Shown piece by piece: positions 24,713-36,663 of a DNA stretch of 64,000 nt. The notes below the pieces were generated by a model. It was given only the letters and a program-made list of their open reading frames with translations. It was not told where the DNA came from and searched no databases. Within the stretch, counting starts at the first letter, position 1. Every line of letters starts with the position of its first letter. The position numbers and the translations under genes were made by a program. The stretch comes from Adineta vaga. Taxonomy: Eukaryota; Animalia; Rotifera. Location of the stretch: positions 12,028,001-12,092,000 of the forward strand of contig CP075493.1 in the NCBI GenBank assembly GCA_021613535.1, given 5' to 3'.

Positions 24713-27700
24713 TGTGACCTAATATAACGTTCTGTACAAAGTGAAAATATTTGCGCAACTCAGTAATATAGCCTCAACATTAAAGAAGAGGAATGGAAAA
24801 ATAAAACCGAACAGGCAAGAATAAAACGTTTTAAGCGAATATAAAAGCATGTTGATAAACGTTTTATTTATTATCTCATATGATTATTCAGAGATGATAG
24901 AACTGTAAATGCAAAAAAAGAGAGACAACCCATTTCAAATATCACCTACAACTTGTTTTTCGATGAATATATTAAAATAAAATCTCCGTAGAGTAAACAC
25001 TGTAGCGACCATAAAAAGACGTTTATTTCCTTAGCATGTTCGTTAATAAAGATTCAACCATAGTAAGTTGTTGGTTAATGATAGTGATACTGTAATTAAA
25101 AGTAGTTTTGATGTATAAATACGATTAAAACGTATCTAAGCTGGCAATATTATCATACATTCTCTCCGTTTCCTATAAGAGCATGAGTTTGGGCGATTGA
25201 ATTAAAAAAGCGAGCACGATAATCACATATAAACTTGCTCATGCTCATCTAATTTTGTACCTTTATGGTTAAGAGAGACGAAATGGAACATATACTTTCA
25301 GATCATTGAAAGAGATCGACTTCAAATGTTGTTAACAGTCTCTTAATTGCAGTTAAAAACAGTTTGATATGTAATATTATTTATAGAGCTTTTTTTAATA
25401 GTTTCATGAAGAAGCTTTGTACCAAACATTATATGTTTAATCATTTATTTATATAGAAAGATTTTAGGTAAAATATCGTGTGTATGGATTTGAAGCGGAA
25501 AATATCTTTTCATTTTATTAGTCTGAGAAGTAACAATTTTTATTTCGTCAGAACGAATTTTTTTAAAATTATCTTATTCGCAAACATCATTAATATGAGA
25601 AAAAACTGACAAATTCAGATAAATTTCCAACATTACTGATAGCAGATATCAAAAAGAACAATAAACCTTTCGTAGTATCATAAATGCGATGTAGTCAGCC
25701 ATTCGCTCTGAGTTACCTTTTGTTTTTTCCAACCGTAGTATTATTTCTTTTTCTTTCTCTTTACATGATTGTCAGTCTTTCTGGCGACCATATAGTAGAA
25801 CTGACAAAACTCTCACATTGAGGGTGAGTGTGGGTGTGAGCACTTATAAGAAAATATTCGCCGTCCGATTTCTAGTGTTACTATAACCATGCCGAAAATA
25901 TTGGTGTTGAGAAGCTTTCTATATATTTTGATTCCTATAGTCTTTTTTCATCTCTTTATAATAGCGGGACAGATGCATTAATAATTAGATAGAAAAAATG
26001 AATTGTGATTTCTGTAACTAAACATTCATTTCTCAACATTTATCGAATAACCTTTTAAACGAAAAAAGAAATTGTTTAATCTGCTATTATTTTTTATATT
26101 TATTTTACTAACTATACACAAGAGAAATATCATATAGAAATAATAAAATCTTAACAGTTCGTTGGACGGCTTTTGTTTGTAATAAGAAAAGGCTCAATAG
26201 TTGTTTATTAAGGTAGGATATTTAGTTAGAAAGTATTGTCTCCTATATAGAAAAATAAATATGAAGTTTCTAAACAATACCAGCTGCACCTAATTTTGAA
26301 GACACTCTCGATAATAGAATGTTTGCTTGAATTTATTAGAACAATTTTTATTAAATATAAAAGCACATCTAGAGGATATTATAAAAAATGAAGAGTTGAT
26401 TCAAATTTACTAATTGATTTCTTCGAATGTATATAACGAATTGAATGAGTTTTTCCACTCATTTCTATTTTTACTAATTATAGTCCATTTTTCATTTATC
26501 TTACAAGGAAAATCTTCGAATAAACTTGAACCAGAGTCATTAACCACTATCCTAATTCTATTCTAAAGAAACATAAATCGTACACATTAAAATTATGAAT
26601 AACTTTCATTGTCCCTAAATCTTTGTAAGAAAAAGAGAAAGATAGAACTGATGTTATTGTCTTTTCGTGACATATAAAATATAATAATGAGTGAATTCAC
26701 AGAGCATCATTGCTCGCTGTGTATAAAAAGACCTGTGGTTTGTTGGATTATATGACAACTTATTCAGAAATTTAAAAGGTATGTAAACTTAGTAGTAAAT
26801 TATTTAAATTGAATCAACTCTTCAACTTCTATACATATGGTATAGATAGTAACTATTTTTAGAAGTATCTAGAGAACTTGTTGTGCTAGTACATCTGACC
26901 AATCCGTATCGAATGGTAACTGATCATTTTTCATCACTATAGTGTATATGGCAAGAAGGGTGGGTGTGGCGTGAACACTAGGTACTCATACATTTACGCC
27001 GTCATATTTTAGAAGTTGAATAGTTTAAAACTCGAGTACTCGAATTCTAAACGGCTATCAGCCGATGTAACGGATAGTAGTGGAAAAACATTTACGTCTA
27101 TTGCAGCGATTACATTGTCACCAATTGGGATCGTTGAGGAGAGTAATCCATGACATCTTAATACAGTTATTTTCAAAATCGTAGATTGATTTTTAAACAA
27201 ATTATTACAAAATAAAAAGAAGTAAACAATGCATTAGAAAAACACACTTTTCATAAAAAAAGAATCATCAATTCAATCTCTTCGTCAAAGATTAAAGTTG
27301 TAAAAGTCTTTAGTTTTCTTATCGAATTTATCCGAGAAAAACATATTTCAGACTTGACTTTTTTCTAAGACTTTTCATTATATACATCAACACAATACAT
27401 TTCAGAACAGACTAGACAAATGATTCAGTTTCAATCGTCATCTCTGTTTCCTTTTAATGATACACTGTTATTCATCTTCTTGGAAGAATTTTCTTTTTCA
27501 CTCTTAACAAATTAATTTGACAAAAAAGAAAACAAAAAGATGAAAAACATTAACATCTATTGTTATTGAATTTGATTTTATATCTTTAGTTCTGAATTAT
27601 TATTCAAAATAATACTTGAACTTGAAGCGAGTGACGTGTTCAATTTCATTAATACTATATGCAGAGGAACTACAAATATCAAAACCAAGATGAAACTGCA

Positions 27701-28177
27701 AAGAGAATGGACACGTGGTATTTATTCTTTTTCATATTAACATATGTTTTAATTTGTAGTATCTTTGAGATCTTTTGAACTAGTTCTGCCTTGATGAGGT
27801 CATAAAAGTGACATTATCTATAAGCCGATTAAAATTTAATCACAATGTTTTTTTTGATGACGCATGCAATGATTAACGTTAGGAATATAAATTGTTTAAG
27901 ATTCTCGAAAAAAATAATCATACATCGGAGTCTAAGTTACACATTGTGACGACAGTAGTTTTGTATTTAAAGAAAACAATTTATATCCAGTATGGCAGTA
28001 AATAGAGTATGAAATACCATACACATTTTTTTATTCGCTTTAAAAAAGAGGATCACAACAGAGAAACGAAATATTTATTTGTTACATAAAGATTTGATTG
28101 ATAACGAATACATAGACATATTAATATCTTTCTACATTGAATAGTTAAGCTGCCACCAAAACGATGCTGACAATAAA

Positions 28178-29188
28178 TTATTCTGCTGATCCATTTCTTA
28201 TTTCTGTCGGTTTGTTTTCTTCTCGGTTTAGATCAATATTTTGTCGAAACAATTTCCAAACTATACATTTTAATTGTAGACGAAAAGCTTTAGAAAAAAT
28301 ACTATATATGTATAGATCGACACAATAAGGAATTAAATGAACAAAAATACCAAGATTAAAGATAAAAGTATTGCGAGCCTGTTCCCAAGTTGTTCGTATT
28401 TGATATTGACTGAGCGCTGTATAAATTGCATAGATAACAATAAGACTATTGCAAATGATGTGAACAATATTTTTTGTAAATAGACAACGAAGTAATTGGA
28501 AATCTTTTCTATGCATGGTTCGGATATTTTGTCGTTGTTGCCGTGGAACTAGTTTTATTTGACGAACATTTTTATACGAGAAAACCGACAGAAAAATCAT
28601 TAGTAAAAGTAAGACAGTACTGATAATCAATTGAGAATTGTTAAGAAAATTCAGATAGAATCTACTATATTCAAATGTGCAAATGGCAGATAGTGGACCT
28701 AATTGATAGATGTCAAATTTAACGAGAATATGAATAAAGAATATAGACCAAATGATAATACTTATACTAAGAGAAAAATAAGCTAAACGTCGTGAACTAT
28801 ACAATCGAGTTTCGACATTGTTCGAGGAGATCAGAAGACGATCGATTGAAGCAAGAACAAGAATACTTGGCGACATTACTTCAAAGATGAAAAGAATGTA
28901 GTTAGATAATTTACATAAAATCACACTAGTATTTAATAATTGATTGTTAAAACCGATGACAATGATATTACGTAATAACATACTGTTGATATTGATGAAA
29001 TTATTTAAAAGACAAATGAAAAAATAAAAAACACAAACGTTTTTACGCCATGATTTTCGATGAAATATCCAAATACTGAATAATATTCCAATATTACCGG
29101 AAATGCACAATGGAATACCAAGAAATTGATAAAGAGAACGATGAACGTTCTCAAATATGTTTATATTTTGAATATTAGACGAATTCAT
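28178..29188 (-). CDS. Orphan class A-like GPCR (7TM)
   Basis: GN in TM1, LCK, ASIDR and YIY..FSKAFR. Seven hydrophobic segments. Intronless. Confidence 0.9.
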   Translation of the reverse strand: MNSSNIQNINIFENVHRSLYQFLGIPLCISGNIGILFSIWIFHRKSWRKNVCVFYFFICLLNNFININSMLLRNIIVIGFNNQLLNTSVILCKLSNYILFIFEVMSPSILVLASIDRLLISSNNVETRLYSSRRLAYFSLSISIIIWSIFFIHILVKFDIYQLGPLSAICTFEYSRFYLNFLNNSQLIISTVLLLLMIFLSVFSYKNVRQIKLVPRQQRQNIRTMHRKDFQLLRCLFTKNIVHIICNSLIVIYAIYTALSQYQIRTTWEQARNTFIFNLGIFVHLIPYCVDLYIYSIFSKAFRLQLKCIVWKLFRQNIDLNREENKPTEIRNGSAE

Positions 29189-29835
29189 TGAAAAGAAGTC
29201 AGATATGATAAGTAAATGAATATAATTTCTCGATGCTAGAATTCAGAATATATAAGAGACGAGTGAAGAGTAAACTGTAATATTTATTTTATACGAAATT
29301 TATCTAAGCTTCTGATGACAGCTTGTAGGAGATAATCTGGCTTTATGATTGTAATTTGCATTAAGAAAATATACGAGTGACGTTAAAAATTTGCTATGCA
29401 TTTATCTCAATGAGATTATGATAAAAGTAAATTAATATATTTTTCTTTCAAACAAAACGCTTCGTTAACTTTTTTGATAATGCTTTTAGGTTAAATCCTT
29501 TAACCTCGTTTCTTCATTAAATTTGAAAGCGGTAGTTGAAACTGCTTTTATTCTATTAAAATATCATCTTGTAGAAAGCATATACTATATCTAGCATCAA
29601 ATATCACAAAAAATAGTCGTTATTTTATTTTCTCAAAGAACGTACAAAGAGCAAATAGGTACCATATATTTATTTATTAATTTCGCATAATTAGGTTTGT
29701 GGATATCATATTTCATTTAAAAAAACATATTATTCTCGAGCAGTTCTGCTCATTTATTTATTTGAATCAAGATTAAAAATGAAAATGTATTTTTTGTATT
29801 AGTTTATGAATGGTTAATGTTAATTCTTTGTAGAT

Positions 29836-30495
29836 TTAGTATTTTGTAGACAATTTTGATTGTTTGTGATCCTTGTTTGGAAAAGCGTCTCTCATTGTTT
29901 TGATTAAAGAACGGAGACTACTTTTCACTTCTTTAATATATGTTTTGTACTGATCATCAGTATTATGTTGTGCTACATATGTAACTGTTTTTCGTTCGCA
30001 TGATTCTAATTCTTTTCGTGCATTTGGTTTGCAGTGGGCAGCATATGCTTCATCTGCTGAACATTGACGTTCAATATTGACGTCTGATATTTGTATTCGA
30101 CTAGCAGATGTAACAAGAACAACAGTAAAATTAAGAAATTCTGGATCTTGAGCAATTGGCAAAACTTTATAAACCATCGGACATGTTCTGAGGAAGGATT
30201 GACTAGATTTGCTACCGATGCATGCATTCAATATTTCACTAGATCCACCAAATGATGATTTGCCCATAAAGTCATTGAAGTTTGATTTGATGGATGGACA
30301 ACAAGTGTCCACCATTTCACATACAAGGGATTGCATTCGACGAAAAGTAGGTGGTAAACTAGATAGAAAAAATTGGTTCAAACGAGTAATTTGAGCACTA
30401 TCAGTTCGAATTGTTGCATCTGGAATCGATCCATGAGATGAACTGGTTAGAAAGAGCAGGAAACAAGCAAGTTGGATATACATGATCATTGACAT
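29836..30495 (-). CDS. Secreted Cys-containing protein of unknown function
   Basis: 219-aa ATG ORF. Signal peptide MSMIMYIQLACFLLFLTSSSHG, 8 Cys in the mature part, TATA-like element upstream. Confidence 0.7.
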   Translation of the reverse strand: MSMIMYIQLACFLLFLTSSSHGSIPDATIRTDSAQITRLNQFFLSSLPPTFRRMQSLVCEMVDTCCPSIKSNFNDFMGKSSFGGSSEILNACIGSKSSQSFLRTCPMVYKVLPIAQDPEFLNFTVVLVTSASRIQISDVNIERQCSADEAYAAHCKPNARKELESCERKTVTYVAQHNTDDQYKTYIKEVKSSLRSLIKTMRDAFPNKDHKQSKLSTKY

Positions 30496-31098
30496 ATACT
30501 TTTGAAATACGGAATAAAATCTCGTAAAGTAATGAATAAATCAGTCTGTATATATAGTTGTACAAACAAAGATGGAAAGGAAGAAACCCATATAACTCTT
30601 CCTTTGTGTTTTTAATCTATAATTGATTTTTGAAATGTTATGCGTGTCATGTATCATGTATTTTAATTATCAATTGCTTCCTTTGGTTTTATGACATCAT
30701 ATTGTTATTTTAAAATATCGCAATAAAAATTGAAACCAATACAATGCTTATTTTATTTTGTTGTGCTCTTGTAATATAACTATAAAGAATCCATAGAACA
30801 ATAAAATCTTAAAACGTTCATAGATTTCTATATATATTCATATTTGAAAATAATTATGAAATGCTACATGTTCGAAATAGTTTCATCGTTGACAAGATTT
30901 GTCGAAGAACGATCACGATATCTTCTCTGTTTGATGTTCTCTAAATGCTCTATGATACAAGCGTTGATTAAAACACACATTTTAGAATATTCTATCGTTC
31001 TTTTTCGTTTATCTATTATTCTTTTATCAACAACGCGTGTTACTTATATTCACTTCTTTTATTTTCAGTTGAAGTTGAATTGAAGAACAGTACAAGAA

Positions 31099-32716
31099 AT
31101 GGGTACTCAGAATTATGAAGCTAAATATCGTGTTGAAACGCCACATCAGGTTGATGTTGGAACATCTTCTGCGACAAGAGTGAACCAAACAGAAACTGGA
31201 CACTCTGGCACTAATTTCACTCTCATTCAAAAACTAAAACAACGTCCAATTCGTGTTGGAATCATCGCTTTTTTGATTATCATCATTGTGTCGATTGCAA
31301 TCGTATGTGTTGCCTTAGCTATTAAAAATCAAAGTACTGCAGCAGTAGTAACTACGACGACTCAAAACAACACTGACATAATAATTATTCGTTTTTACGA
31401 CGATATTTATTCATGTTCTTTATTTCAAATAAGGTGAAAATGATACGCAACATTATCGAATAGATTTAAACAAGCACTATGACAGCTATAACAACAACGA
31501 CAATTACAACAATAACAAGTACTCTGAGTACAACTGTAACATTCACATCAGTACCAGAAACAACGACAAGTAAGTTGAATGATTCTATGCCTATATATAT
31601 ATATATATATATCCCTCTACAATGAAGTTTCGATAGACTAATACTGTTTTTTTTCGTATTGTTATATTAGCCACATGCAATAGATTTCCGACACAGGTGA
31701 CCTATACAACGGATGATAAACCAAGTTTTGTAATAACAGCTGATGTGAATGGTGACGCTGCACCAGATCTGATTGTTTTAAATCGAGAAGCAAACAACGT
31801 TGGCGTTTTTCTCAATACAGGCAATGGCACTTTTGCTACACAAGTAACTTATGCAACTGGTTCTGATCCACAGTCGGTAGCAGTAGGTGACATTACTGAA
31901 GATAACAGAGTTGATATTATTGTTGCAAATTCTGGCTCGAACAACATTAGTATTCTTATCAACGTTGGTAATGGGACATTTGTTGAGCAGCAGACCTATC
32001 CAACTGATACTACACCGTATTCTTTGGCAATTGCGGATGTAAATGGTGATAAAAAACTCGATATTATTGTTACAAATGGAGCTTCGGACAATGTTGGTGT
32101 TTTTATTAATATAGGCGATGGGATATTTGCTACACAGGTTACATATTCAACTGATTCTCAACCGTATTCTGTCGCAGTAACGGATGTTAATGAAGATGAT
32201 ACACCTGATATCATTGTTGCAAACTACTATACTAATACTATTGGTATTCTTTTCAATGAAGGTAATGGTTCATTTGCTGAACAAGTTACTTATCCAACTG
32301 GTTTTCAATCTGATCCATCTTCGGTAGCCGTAATCGATGTTGATGGAGACAACAAACCTGATATCATTGTCGGAAATCGTGGTACGAATAACGTAGGCAT
32401 TTTTCTAAACATGGGCAATGGTACATTTGCTTCGCAAATGACTTATCCAACTGATGATGAACCATATTCTATGACGGTAGCTGACATTGATGGAAATGGT
32501 AAAATTGATATTGTTACTGCAAATCAAGGTGCAAACAATTTTGGCATTCTACTGAACAAAGGTGATGGTACTTTTGCTACGCAATTATTCTATCCAACTG
32601 AACGTAGTCCACGTTCTGTAACAGTAAGTGATGTTAACAATGACAGTCGATCTGATGTAATTATTACAAACTATTATTCCAACACTGTCAGTGTTTTTTT
32701 GGCTGCATGCAACTGA
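31099..32716 (+). CDS. Type II membrane protein with Thr-rich stalk and FG-GAP/VCBS repeat beta-propeller
   Basis: N-terminal TM (VGIIAFLIIIIVSIAIVCVALAI), Thr-rich exon ~31470-31569, and last exon 31671-32716 with 7 repeats of DVNGD..PDIIV.N...NNVGVFLN.GNGTF..Q.TY. First splice junction not resolved. Confidence 0.85.
31592..31612. repeat. (TA)n microsatellite in intron
   Basis: tatatatatatatatatatat. Confidence 0.9.
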
Positions 32717-32860
32717 TTTTGCTCATAAAGCTATTGAATGTATCTGCTTTTCTAATTCGAAACCTATAAAGTTATCGTTTTATTAAATTTTTTATGCACT
32801 GCTCTTAGAAATTCAAATCTTTGTATACGCATTTTAGATATATTGTTTATATTTTTCACG

Positions 32861-33895
32861 ATGGCACAAATATTGTCATTGCCAAAAGTAATCTTTGGAA
32901 CAAGTGCATTAGGCAATTTATATGTGGTACTGGATGATAAAACTAAAATTGAAATTGTTCGAACATGTATGCAATATCCGTCCACGCAAAAGACAATCGT
33001 ATTTGATTGTGCTGGAAAATATGGGGCTGGATTAGCTTTAGAAACATTGGGTAATTGTTTGAGAACATTAAATGTACAACCAGAAAATGTGATGATAAGC
33101 AATAAACTTGGATGGTATAGAAGTGATGAACTGCAAAATGGTATGGAACCTACATTTGAACCAGGTGTATGGCGTAATTTGAAATATGATGCCATACAGA
33201 AAATAAGCTACGATGGTATACTTCAATGCTACGAACAAGGTAATCAATTATTGAATGGATACAAAGCTGAACTTGTATCAGTACATGATCCAGATGAATA
33301 TGTCGCTGGTGTTCAAAGTGAGACAGAAAAGAACCAACGTTATAATGACATTATTGAAGCTTATCGTGCACTTGGTGAATTGAAAAATGCAGGCAAAGTC
33401 AAAGCCATTGGTATTGGATCCAAAGATTGGACAATGATAAAACGTATTGTAAACGATGTTAATTTAGATTGGATAATGATTGCTAATAGTATAACTGTAC
33501 ATGATCATCCTCGTGAATTGATTATCTTTATGGAAGAACTACAACAACGTGGAATAATTATTATTAATGCAGCAGTATTTAATGGTGGCTTTCTAATTGG
33601 TGAAAATTATTATAATTACAAATTGATGGATCCTATCCATGATCAACAGTTATTTCAATGGCGTGCTGATTTTTTTAAACTTTGTGATAAATATAGAATT
33701 AAACCAGCACAAGTATGCATTGCATTTGGATTGAATGCACCAGGAGTAAAAAGTATTGCTGTAAGTACTACAGATGTGGATCGTGTCAAAGAAAATCTAG
33801 ATATGATAAACGTCGAAAGTTCACTTATACCGGCAATATTTTGGAACGAAATGAAAGCACAAGGATTGATTGACAAAAATTATAACTATGTGTGA
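32861..33895 (+). CDS. Aldo/keto reductase of bacterial D-threo-aldose/L-fucose dehydrogenase type
   Basis: FGTSALGNLY. Catalytic tetrad D(FDCA)-Y(KYG)-K(NKLG)-H(VHDPD). LK..GKVKAIGIG and FNGGFL. Intronless, ATG at 32861. Confidence 0.9.
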   Translation: MAQILSLPKVIFGTSALGNLYVVLDDKTKIEIVRTCMQYPSTQKTIVFDCAGKYGAGLALETLGNCLRTLNVQPENVMISNKLGWYRSDELQNGMEPTFEPGVWRNLKYDAIQKISYDGILQCYEQGNQLLNGYKAELVSVHDPDEYVAGVQSETEKNQRYNDIIEAYRALGELKNAGKVKAIGIGSKDWTMIKRIVNDVNLDWIMIANSITVHDHPRELIIFMEELQQRGIIIINAAVFNGGFLIGENYYNYKLMDPIHDQQLFQWRADFFKLCDKYRIKPAQVCIAFGLNAPGVKSIAVSTTDVDRVKENLDMINVESSLIPAIFWNEMKAQGLIDKNYNYV

Positions 33896-34856
33896 GATAT
33901 GTACACAATTTCTTTAACATACCGAGAATATTACATTAAAATATAACGACAATCACATTGCCGAATCTAACAATATTCTGTAATATCTAGGAGAATTCAG
34001 AAAGTTTATTTTGTCGGTCGTTTACTTCTGTATAATAGTATGATAGATAGGTGATAAGTTTGTAAATTTCGATAGATTTTCCAACGTTGCATATTTCCTA
34101 GATCAGTATATATATATACATATATGTACAGCCGTATGCACTTGTAAGCAACTTCAACTGTCTCGTCATGAATTGTAGGTTCGTTCAATTATTTCTAATG
34201 AGAATATAATACTTCCCATTCATCGTTGATGTATATCAAAATGGAGTGAAATTTGTTATTGCTTTATTTGTCTTCATCTTATAATAAAGAATCACCGACA
34301 CATTTCAGATAGTGGAAGGAAAAAATTGCTGTGTGATACTTTTACAACATGGCATAACTTTACTAGATTGAAAAATGCTTGTAAGAATATAATTATGAAT
34401 TACAATAGAGTATTAGTCAAAACAATTTTCTCATATATTCATTAATTGTAATAAAGATGCTTTTTCAAAATTATCGCTTACTCTAAAAATCGAATGGAAT
34501 TCATGTAAATACTAGGCATCTTTATGAATAACATAAAAATAAATATGTGATTATAGTTCATATCGCGGACAAAGAGTAAAAGATTAAAGAATATAATATT
34601 CATTTTTATTTTTACCTTCTTTTGAGATAATGAAGGATCGTCATCTTCTTCTTTTTTTCATTTGAAATATTATTTTAGCTCAATGAAATTTTATATTAAT
34701 AATCTAGATGACATAAGATTTTCATTCTTTCCCATCGAATATCAGAAAGAACATTTCATTAAAGAATAATATATTCACTTATGTTTTATTTTATGAGAAA
34801 AAAAAACTAAGTTCATTCTTACGAAAGACTTCTAGTTCACATATCTTCTGAGAATT

Positions 34857-35870
34857 ATGTCATTGATATATATTAGTCAACAAATAACGATTTATTGTGG
34901 TTGGTTTATCGTTCTTGCTGGATTTATTGGAAATAGTTTGAATATTTTGATATTTTCAAGTGCTCGTAATTATCGAACAACACCTTGTACATTTTATTTT
35001 CTCATTCTTTCAATCAACAATATCATTACTATCACAGTTAATATGATATCACGTATTTTTATTGCAGGTTATCTAATCGATTTCACTCGTACTTCGAGTT
35101 TTTGGTGTAAACTACGAGCATATCTTATATGTGTTGTTTGTTTAATTGCTTTCACTTTGTCATGTTTAGCGTCAATGGATCAATTTTTTGCAACATCGAA
35201 AAGCACAACGCTTCGTCGTGTAAGTAATATCAAATGGGCACATAGAATCACAATTACAGTTATCATTATATGTTGTTTACATGGAATATTCAATCTTTTT
35301 TTTTATGACGTCATACCAATCACACAGATATGTGGTATCATAAATGCACAATATGCTGTTTATGCTGCTTTTTACATTCTTGGTCTTACTTGTTTTATTC
35401 CAATAATAATCATGGTCATATTTGGATATTTGACTTATCGAAATATTCATTTAGTAAGAGCACTTGCTGAACAACAAGCTGATTATCAATTAATACGAAT
35501 GACTTTGATTCAAGTAATTCTTATTGTTACTTCAATAGGCCCATTTGGAGTGAATTATGTTTATAATTTACTTACATCGACAACTTTGAAAGGTATAGAT
35601 CGATTATTGATAGAAGCATTTATATTATCAATGTCGAGTCTGTTAACTAATGTGAATTACATTGTATGTTAGTTTATTTGTATTTATGGGAAATAGTTCT
35701 TTTAAATTTTATATCTCTAGGGAAGTTTTTACATGTTTTTGATGACATCAAGTCGATTTCGTCGACATGTAAAAGATCGAATCTTATTTTGGCAAACACA
35801 AAATCGAATAGTTCCCTTTCAACGAACTGGATTTCAAGGAATACTATCAAATACAAGAACCAAGAATTAA
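34857..35870 (+). CDS. Orphan class A-like GPCR, 2 exons
   Basis: GNSLN, FWCKLR and ASMDQ. Intron 35665-35720 joins TM7 to GSFYMFLMTSSRFR...stop 35870. Confidence 0.9.
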
Positions 35871-36663
35871 AAGACTGTAGTTCTTTTCTCTAATAGTGTA
35901 TGTTGTATAATTAGAAATTGTATTCTTTACAATAAATATAACAACCCTCAAGATTTGAAAATGAAGTCCGTACTGACGTCAGATTTATAATATAGATAGA
36001 CGACTACAGGTGAAATAAAATGAAAACTTACCTTGTTTAATAACTCTTCCAGTTCTAGTTCAATCATTAAGATATGCATGACTACGTTCAATTATATTCT
36101 AAGTGCAAATATTCACTATATAGAAATTATTACTAGAAGAAAGATACGTTGACAATATGCGAAGAAAAAACAATGAATAGCATATGTCATGCGATAGAAT
36201 TCAAGTTAGATTTAAAAATTGTTCTATATTCAATTATTTACTAATGTAATAAATCTTATATTGATGCTATTCTCTGTATAGGATAGAATTCTATACTAAT
36301 TATATTAGTCCAACATTTTTTCAATCAGATTGCGTATCGAATAAACTATTTTATTATGATGTTCTCAATATCAATGTAAATACAAAATAGATATTATAGT
36401 ATTGAACAGATCTATATATGTTCTTCGTATGTTTTTGTTGATCTTTCATTTTCTTAATATTTATATTTAGATACGGCATTATATGTCATTCTTTATTAGT
36501 GAAAATGTGTAGATATGAGTGAAACTATCATATACGCAGACCTTGAGATAATCTCATAGAAGCTTATAGAATGAAGAGCAAAAACACAAAAGCGTACATT
36601 CATGCGATACATCAAAGCGGTTGAATAGCACACAAGATGATCATTTCGTTTTGTCCTTCTCCG

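Noticed and set aside
26800-27200. Coding-like minus-strand stretch (ORF 27009-27200 and continuation)
   Set aside because: Multiple stops and a frameshift, no ATG, no recognisable family. Possibly a decayed gene but unsupported.
31697-32716. Repeats in FG-GAP (also TPR, NHL, kelch) DNA as mobile or array elements
   Set aside because: They are degenerate protein-coding repeats explained by domain structure.
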